Below are positions 57,691-64,000 of a DNA stretch of 64,000 bases, one piece after another. The stretch is from Candidatus Helicobacter avistercoris (GTDB lineage: Bacteria; Campylobacterota; Campylobacteria; Campylobacterales; Helicobacteraceae): NCBI GenBank assembly GCA_019115525.1, contig DXDJ01000004.1, positions 1,807 through 65,806 of the forward strand, read 5' to 3'. The notes under the pieces are model-generated. The model did not search any database. It was not told the origin of the DNA and worked only from the letters and a program-made list of their open reading frames with translations. Position numbers and translations under genes: made by a program. Numbering within the stretch: the stretch's first letter is position 1; each line of letters opens with the position of its first letter.

Positions 57691-59076
57691 ATGAATTTTG
57701 ATCATATTTTTAGAGAATACGATATTCGAGGGATTTTCCAGCAAGATCTCAATCAAGAAATCGTCTATAAAATCGGCTACACTCTAGCTAGTGTGCTAAA
57801 AAGCAGGGGGGAAGAGAGTATCAATATCGGCTATGATGCACGCACCCACTCTCCTATCCTCTTCTCTTGGCTCAAAGATGGACTACAAGCTCAAGGAATC
57901 AAAGTCTATAATATGGGGCTTATCCCTACACCTGTGGCATATTTCTCCATATTTTGCGGAAATTATGCCAATAGCTCAGTGATGATTACAGGTTCGCACA
58001 ATCCTGCACAATACAATGGCTTTAAAATCACTCTAGCCAAAGAGCCTTTCTATGGCAAAGATATTCAAGCCCTAAAAGAGCAAATCTACTCTTTGCAAGT
58101 CTCTCATACCCCCCAAAATCAAGAAGTGCAAAATATCGATGTCTTAAGCCAATACATTGCCTATCTCACAGAGCATTTCTCATCTCTAAAAAACTTCCCC
58201 TACCCTATCGCTGTTGATTGCGGAAATGGTGTAGCAGGAGTAGCACTAGAACCGATCTTAAAAAATCTCAATATCACCTACACCCCTCTTTTTGTCGATC
58301 CTGATGGCACTTTCCCCAATCATCACCCAGATCCAAGTGAAGAAAAAAATCTCCAAGATGTCAAAAGAGTTATGAGAGAGCAAAACATTCCTATTGCTCT
58401 AGCCTTTGATGGAGATGCTGATAGAATCGCACTTCTTAGTAGTAATCACAGCTACAAAGGCGATGAGCTTGCCATCCTCTTTGCAAGAGCCATTGCAAAA
58501 GAAATTGCACCCAAAAAACCTATCATCATCGGAGAAGTTAAATGCTCTGCTGTAATGTATGATGAGTGCAATAAGATTGGAAGCTCTGTGATGTATAAAA
58601 CTGGACATAGCAATCTCAAAGTTAAGCTCAAAGAACTTAATGCCTCACTGGCAGCAGAAATGAGTGGGCATATCTTCTTCAATGATCGCTATTTTGGCTA
58701 TGATGATGCTATTTATGCAGGACTTAGAGCACTAGAGTTATTTTTGCACTCAAGTATAGAAGAAATTGAAAACTCCATTCTCTCTTTGCCAAAGGTGTAT
58801 TCCACAGATGAAGAGAAAATCCCTACTGATGAAGCACTCAAGTTTGCTCTTATCTCAAAACTTCAAAATTCCCTCAGCAATCCACCAGCGACTTTCCCCA
58901 AAATCCTAGATGTGATTAGTATTGATGGAGTAAGGATTATTTTTGAGAAAGGTTGGGGGTTGGTTAGAGCAAGCAATACAACTCCTGTGCTTGTTACAAG
59001 ATTTGAAGCTCAAAGCCAAGAGCTTCTAGAGCTATACAAGAAAGAGACTTTAGCTTTGCTAGATTCTCTAAAATAA
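57691..59076 (+). CDS. Phosphomannomutase/phosphoglucomutase (AlgC type)
   Basis: FREYDIRG, ITGSHNP (phospho-Ser), PNHHPDP, FDGDADR, AEMSGHIFF, LVRASNT. Confidence 0.96.
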   Translation: MNFDHIFREYDIRGIFQQDLNQEIVYKIGYTLASVLKSRGEESINIGYDARTHSPILFSWLKDGLQAQGIKVYNMGLIPTPVAYFSIFCGNYANSSVMITGSHNPAQYNGFKITLAKEPFYGKDIQALKEQIYSLQVSHTPQNQEVQNIDVLSQYIAYLTEHFSSLKNFPYPIAVDCGNGVAGVALEPILKNLNITYTPLFVDPDGTFPNHHPDPSEEKNLQDVKRVMREQNIPIALAFDGDADRIALLSSNHSYKGDELAILFARAIAKEIAPKKPIIIGEVKCSAVMYDECNKIGSSVMYKTGHSNLKVKLKELNASLAAEMSGHIFFNDRYFGYDDAIYAGLRALELFLHSSIEEIENSILSLPKVYSTDEEKIPTDEALKFALISKLQNSLSNPPATFPKILDVISIDGVRIIFEKGWGLVRASNTTPVLVTRFEAQSQELLELYKKETLALLDSLK

Positions 59077-59077
59077 A

Positions 59078-59092
59078 GAGGGATTACCCCTC
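59078..59092. terminator. Short GC hairpin between convergent genes
   Basis: GAGGG-ATTAC-CCCTC; T-rich run follows on the minus strand; same GGGATTAC core as the 11427-11447 hairpin. Confidence 0.45.
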
Positions 59093-59920
59093 AATCTTTG
59101 AAAGTATCTTCTCCCCAAAGCTAAATCTAGCTCCGATATTGATAAGATAGACCTGCATAAAGCGAGGCATTTACTCCCTTTCCTTGAGTAAATTGTTTAA
59201 AGTCGTAACCCACCGTAGTTCCCACTCTTGCTCTTAGCATCATCAAAGACTTTGCTTTGGCATCAAGATAAAAATCTCCTGCGACTTGAGTGAGATCAGA
59301 ATCTGAGTAATACCCAAAGGAGAGTTCAGCTTGAGGAGCGATACTCCACTCTTTGTTTCCTCCAAGAGAGAAGACATAACCCTCTTCTTCAGAGAGCTGG
59401 AAGGCATAGTTATTGACATTTAGACTTTCACTTACTCCATTGTTTGTAAGATTGAAATCACTCATCAAATAAGAATTTAGCAATGCTATCGCTATATAGC
59501 CCACGTCCAAAGTCATTGCTAAGCTGTCCATTGAAAATTCTTCCCCACGCTCCTTGAGAGTAGGGATTGTTTCTTAGATCCCCCATTCTTTTGTTTAGTG
59601 AGTTGAAGTTTGCAATGAATAGATCATAGTTAAGTGCAAAGACCGAGGAGGTTACTTCTTGAGTAACAGGGGCAACTCCTACATCTTGAGCAGATTTGAG
59701 GAAGTAGGTGGTGTAGGTGTTGTTATTAGGATTAGAATCAATGATTCCTTGATCGTTTGTAAAAACTTTTTCAAAGGAGGTTTCCACAGAGTTAAATCCT
59801 ATGGTTACACTTGTAGGATTGAGCTCAACTTTGGAATCTTTTGCAACTGAGGCAATGGCGATATTACCCTCAGTTTTTACATCTCCACCCTTGTATGAGA
59901 GAGAGGAGAGGTTTGCATAC
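59084..59920 (-). pseudogene. Degraded Helicobacter-type autotransporter remnant
   Basis: Linker NSLNKRMGDLRNNPYSQGAWGRIFNG; frameshift near 59470 (SIAKF to SYLMSDF); second frame jump near 59140 to the terminal strand INIGARFSFGE; no N-terminus; barrel segments missing. Confidence 0.85.
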
Positions 59921-59921
59921 T

Positions 59922-60068
59922 TTATTTCTAGCAAATACCATTGCACTAAGCTACTTCTATATCAAAGGAACGCAAAAAAGCATTATGGCTGAGATGCCTG
60001 CACTTACTCCATCTCAAGCTCCATCTGCACCAACAGCACCAACTATCCCAACACAAAAGGCTAAATAA
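59922..60068 (+). pseudogene. secG: 3' remnant of preprotein translocase subunit SecG
   Basis: LFLANTIALSYFYIK plus Pro-rich tail matches the recalled H. pylori SecG TM2 end (LFVINTIALGYFYNK); sits at the secG position before frr-pyrE-RDD; 5' part absent. Confidence 0.75.
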
Positions 60069-60625
60069 TGTTAAATGAAATTTATAATCAAACCAAAACC
60101 TCAATGACAAAAACAATCGATTCTCTAAAGCGTGATTTCTCAACCCTTAGAAGCGGAAAGGTTTCTATCTCGATTTTGGATAACATCAGAGTAGATTACT
60201 ATGGCACACCTACACCACTCAATCAAGTCGGTTCTGTGATTGCCACGGATGCAACAACAATCGTGGTAACTCCATGGGAAAAAACACTTCTTAAAGAAAT
60301 TGAAAAATCAATCCAAGAGGCGAATATCGGTGTCAATCCTAACAATGATGGAGAAGTGATCAAACTCTTTTTCCCTCCAATGACTCAAGAGCAAAGAAAA
60401 GAAGTTGCAAAAGAAGCCAAAGCTATGGGTGAGAAAGCAAAAGTAGGCATTAGAAATGTTCGTCAAGATATCAATAATGCAATCAAAAAACTAGAAAAAG
60501 ACAAAAAAATCACCGAGGACATCAGTAAAAAAGGGCAGGATGAAATCCAAAAATACACCGATGAATTTGTCAAAAAAATTGATGAAATGGTTAAAGCCAA
60601 AGAAGAAGAGGTAATGAAAATCTAA
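60068..60625 (+). CDS. frr: Ribosome recycling factor
   Basis: [30 protein letters not shown]. Confidence 0.98.
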   Translation: MLNEIYNQTKTSMTKTIDSLKRDFSTLRSGKVSISILDNIRVDYYGTPTPLNQVGSVIATDATTIVVTPWEKTLLKEIEKSIQEANIGVNPNNDGEVIKLFFPPMTQEQRKEVAKEAKAMGEKAKVGIRNVRQDINNAIKKLEKDKKITEDISKKGQDEIQKYTDEFVKKIDEMVKAKEEEVMKI

Positions 60626-60636
60626 AAGGAGAAACA

Positions 60637-61248
60637 ATGGATATCAAAAAATACTACACTGACTGCAATGCCTTGCTTGAAGGGCATTTTCTCCTCAGTA
60701 GTGGGAATCACTCTCCCTACTATCTCCAATCTGCAAAAGTTTTAGAAAATCCAAAAATCGCCCAAGAGCTTGCGGAAGCTTTGGCAAAACAGATTAAAGA
60801 TTATGGGTTAGAGGTTGATTGTGTTTGCTCTCCTGCTCTTGGAGGGATTCTGGCAGGATATGAACTTGCTAGAGCCTTAGGTGTGAGATTTATTTTCACT
60901 GAGAGAGTTGAGGGGAAAATGACACTTAGAAGGGGATTTGAAGTTTTCAAAGGAGAGAGAGTTTTTGTCTGTGAGGATATCATCACCACTGGTGGAAGTG
61001 CTTTAGAATCTGCTTCTTGCGTGGAGGCTTTGGGGGCTAGTATTGTAGGCTTTGGAGGACTAGCTAATCGAGGATTTTGTAAGCGTGTAGGCTCAAGCCT
61101 TGAAGCCAAACCTGAGGGCAAACTACCTTCAAATATTCCCCTGTTTGCACTAGAAGACTTTGTGTTTGATATTTATGCAGCAGAGAGCTGTCCGCTATGC
61201 AAAGAGGGAAAAACTCCTGCAATAAAACCGGGGAGTCGAGGAAACTAA
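60637..61248 (+). CDS. pyrE: Orotate phosphoribosyltransferase
   Basis: [32 protein letters not shown] motif. Confidence 0.96.
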   Translation: MDIKKYYTDCNALLEGHFLLSSGNHSPYYLQSAKVLENPKIAQELAEALAKQIKDYGLEVDCVCSPALGGILAGYELARALGVRFIFTERVEGKMTLRRGFEVFKGERVFVCEDIITTGGSALESASCVEALGASIVGFGGLANRGFCKRVGSSLEAKPEGKLPSNIPLFALEDFVFDIYAAESCPLCKEGKTPAIKPGSRGN

Positions 61249-61697
61249 TGGGGAAAAAGCACAAAACCCCTACCCCCTCCAAACAAAAAAACCAAAAATC
61301 TCAAAACTATTTTTTCTTGCGATTTAAAGCTTTTGTGATTGATCTCTTTATGATTTACACCCCAATTCTTTATATCGTAACCTATTTCATCTTAGGGAGC
61401 AAGGAGGCTCTATGGGCAAATCAAGGGGCAGTTCTATCTTGCTGGGCGTTGTATGGAGGGATTGATTCACTTCTTTGCTCTACTCTCTCTCAAACTCCGG
61501 GGATGAGGGCTCAAGAGCTAATCTTAGTCGACAAAGAAGGGCAAAAAGTAGGATTTTTTAGGTGTTTTATTCGATTTTTCTCTTGGCTTGTGAGTTTGGG
61601 GCTTGTATTTGGATTCGTATTTCCGTTTTTTAGAAAAGACAAAATGAGTTTTCAAGATTGGTTGTGCCAAACAAAAATAGAGAAAAAAACTCAGTGA
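61248..61697 (+). CDS. RDD-family membrane protein
   Basis: RFKAFVIDLF, QTPGMRA, QDWLCQT; start set at the ATG overlapping the pyrE stop. Confidence 0.88.
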   Translation: MGKKHKTPTPSKQKNQKSQNYFFLRFKAFVIDLFMIYTPILYIVTYFILGSKEALWANQGAVLSCWALYGGIDSLLCSTLSQTPGMRAQELILVDKEGQKVGFFRCFIRFFSWLVSLGLVFGFVFPFFRKDKMSFQDWLCQTKIEKKTQ

Positions 61698-61701
61698 TTT
61701 A

Positions 61702-61725
61702 AGGGCATTTTTGCCCTCTTTTTTT
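61702..61725 (+). terminator. Intrinsic terminator after RDD
   Basis: AGGGCA-TTTT-TGCCCT followed by C and a T-run. Confidence 0.75.
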
Positions 61726-61786
61726 GCTTCTTTTTGAAATTTAAGATAGAATTATGCGTTTATCAAAATTTTAGTGAGGTTAAGAA

Positions 61787-62464
61787 ATGGAAGGAAGAGT
61801 TTTTACCTTTGCTGGTTTAATCAATCACAATCACGATTTTATTATTGGTTTTTACACAATTGTTGTTGCACTTCTTGTGGTGATATTTGCTAGACTTGCA
61901 ACAAATAATATGAAAATCATTCCCACTGGGATTCAAAATGTATATGAGTTTTTGCTTAGCGGGATTTTAGATGTTGCAAGCGATGTTGTTAGTCGTGAAG
62001 TTGCAATCAAATATCTCCCTCTTGCTGGAACAATCGCTCTTTTTGTCTTTTTTTCCAATGCTATTGGGATTATCCCTGGATTTGAATCTCCCACTTCAAG
62101 TTGGAGCTTTACTCTTGTTTTGGCTTTAGTCGTGTTTTTTTACTATCACTATGAAGGAATTAAAGCAAAAGGTGTTGTGCATTATTTTGCACATTTTATG
62201 GGGCCAATGAAAGCTCTAGCTCCTTTAATGCTTCCGATCGAGATTATCTCACACATTTCAAGGATTATCTCTCTTTCTTTCCGTCTATTTGGAAATATTA
62301 AGGGAGATGATATGTTCTTGCTTGTAATGCTTATGCTTGCTCCATGGGTTGCACCACTCCCAGCTTTTGCAATCCTCACACTTATGGCATTCCTACAAGC
62401 ATTTGTTTTTATGATTCTTACTTATGTTTATATTGCTGGAGCAATTATGGATGAGGAGCATTAA
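61787..62464 (+). CDS. atpB: F0F1 ATP synthase subunit a (stand-alone)
   Basis: [37 protein letters not shown] (essential Arg), [13 protein letters not shown]. Confidence 0.97.
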   Translation: MEGRVFTFAGLINHNHDFIIGFYTIVVALLVVIFARLATNNMKIIPTGIQNVYEFLLSGILDVASDVVSREVAIKYLPLAGTIALFVFFSNAIGIIPGFESPTSSWSFTLVLALVVFFYYHYEGIKAKGVVHYFAHFMGPMKALAPLMLPIEIISHISRIISLSFRLFGNIKGDDMFLLVMLMLAPWVAPLPAFAILTLMAFLQAFVFMILTYVYIAGAIMDEEH

Positions 62465-62927
62465 GCTCACTCTTCCAATCTTCCAAAACTTCATTAATCT
62501 CACAAATACTCAGATGACTTTGAAACCCATATATCTCTTTTCTTTGCATATAGAGCTTTTCAAAATCTTTGCTCAAAGGACGCTTTTCCCTCTCTAGTGC
62601 TGTTAGTCTTACCCTGATCAATTCTAATGGAGTATCAAGATAATATACTCTACCTAATTGCTTTATATTGTTTTGTAAAACAAATCCTCCCCCGCAATCA
62701 ATAATATGAGTTTGTTTCAAATCCAAAATTGCATCAAAAGCTTTTTGTTCCCAAAGTCTAAATTCACTTTCACCATATAGGTCAAAAATATCAGAGATAC
62801 TTTTTTGTACCTGTTGAGTAATCCACATATCAGTGGAAAAAATGGGGAGATTCAAGGATTGGGAGAGAAGAGAGGCAAGAGTGCTTTTCCCACTTGCCAT
62901 AAATCCAATAAGCACGAGATGCTTCAT
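62445..62927 (-). CDS. aroK: Shikimate kinase
   Basis: [22 protein letters not shown]. Confidence 0.92.
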   Translation of the reverse strand: MKHLVLIGFMASGKSTLASLLSQSLNLPIFSTDMWITQQVQKSISDIFDLYGESEFRLWEQKAFDAILDLKQTHIIDCGGGFVLQNNIKQLGRVYYLDTPLELIRVRLTALEREKRPLSKDFEKLYMQRKEIYGFQSHLSICEINEVLEDWKSELNAPHP

Positions 62928-63532
62928 TTTAAAATGATGATATACCCTTTTTCATCTTGCTCGATATTGTAGCCATATTGCCCATCAAGAGTGAGAGTTA
63001 CACGATAAAAATCTTGGTGTGTTCCCAAAGAGATATTGCTAAAAAATCTTCCTTTAAGATTGAGATTTTGATTGACAATTTTCTCTGTTCTTTTCAAATC
63101 GATAATGATTCTAAAAGGCTTAGGCAGAACAAAATTTTGCAAGATTTTATAAGGAGAATAGATTTTGATCACTTTACCTGTAACAATAAATTCAAAATCT
63201 CCCATTGTATAGCTTATGGGTTTTTTTTCTTCCAAAACACTTTTATCCCCTATTTGAGAAATAGTGATTGGATAATGCCAGTCTATATCTCGATCGATTT
63301 TTATACTTTTCTCATCAATAGAACCATCTATTTTTTGGTAGATAAACTTGATTTCTTTTAGAACTCTTGTTGTTGTAGGAAGTTCTATATCAAGACTTTC
63401 TAGAGGTTGGCTTACTTCACCCTCAACACTCTGCGGACTTTTTTTGGGTGTGAGTTTTAATTCAAATGGATCTTCTCTTGCAGATAGCAAACACAAAATC
63501 AAAGCACTTATACAAACTACTCTTTTCATCAT
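62924..63532 (-). CDS. AMIN-domain periplasmic protein
   Basis: Signal peptide AREDPF, IDWH, PFRIIIDL, HQDFYRVTLTLDG. Confidence 0.85.
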   Translation of the reverse strand: MMKRVVCISALILCLLSAREDPFELKLTPKKSPQSVEGEVSQPLESLDIELPTTTRVLKEIKFIYQKIDGSIDEKSIKIDRDIDWHYPITISQIGDKSVLEEKKPISYTMGDFEFIVTGKVIKIYSPYKILQNFVLPKPFRIIIDLKRTEKIVNQNLNLKGRFFSNISLGTHQDFYRVTLTLDGQYGYNIEQDEKGYIIILK

Positions 63533-63804
63533 CTCTCCTCTTTGGTTGGCTCCAATCCCTTAAGTTCAAAAATAATCTTTTGCAATTCCACATTTTTGTT
63601 TTCAAGATCGCTTACTTCTTTTTGAAGTGTCCTCTTTTCGTTTTTTAAACCCTTATAAACCTCATAAGAGTTTGTCCCCCACAAAATCGTAAAAATGTAA
63701 TACAAAAGGAATCCCAAACAAACCACACCTACTAAAATATATAGATGCTTTTTTGAGAATCTCTCCTCATTTTGAGAAAAAACTTCTTCTAGCTCCTCTC
63801 GCAT
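63529..63804 (-). CDS. Septum formation initiator (FtsB/DivIC-like)
   Basis: One TM followed by a coiled coil (LQKEVSDLENKNVELQK); downstream of eno. Confidence 0.75.
   Translation of the reverse strand: MREELEEVFSQNEERFSKKHLYILVGVVCLGFLLYYIFTILWGTNSYEVYKGLKNEKRTLQKEVSDLENKNVELQKIIFELKGLEPTKEER

Positions 63805-64000
<196 letters not shown>

Noticed and set aside
59946-60143. Minus-strand 65-aa ORF
   Set aside because: It is antisense to the secG remnant and frr; its composition mirrors the Pro/Ala-rich SecG tail.

Overview
Chromosomal window from a Campylobacterota bacterium, most likely an enterohepatic Helicobacter (inferred from conserved gene orders: divergent hisS/waaF, fliF-fliG-fliH-dxs, secG-frr-pyrE-RDD, eno-ftsB-AMIN-aroK, hydABCDE). 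It is mostly housekeeping: a MacAB-like exporter, hisS, waaF, ligA, tal, ccoG, three tRNAs (fMet, Gln, Sec), selA-selB, moeA, an 11-gene [NiFe]-hydrogenase/hyp cluster, flagellar MS-ring/switch genes, PMM/PGM, atpB, aroK and the 3' end of eno. The most striking element is a complete, self-contained fructose PTS operon (fruK-fruA[IIABC]-ptsH-ptsI) in a lineage generally regarded as lacking PTS; it could open a glycolytic route that bypasses 6-phosphofructokinase. Other notable items: an IscS/NifS-like protein after selAB that has lost the PLP lysine but keeps the persulfide Cys; a Type IIG R-M gene bracketed by 24-bp imperfect direct repeats, with a low-GC specificity segment and a 28-bp palindromic double promoter downstream; a head-to-head junction fusing a multiply deleted autotransporter remnant to the 3' part of secG; a G11 tract inside a bidirectional terminator; an unannotated 27-aa membrane sORF; and a tandem pair of passenger-less autotransporter-type barrels with an AraC gene. 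No CRISPR array, rRNA, integrase or IS element was seen. All family assignments come from motif reading and recall, not database searches.
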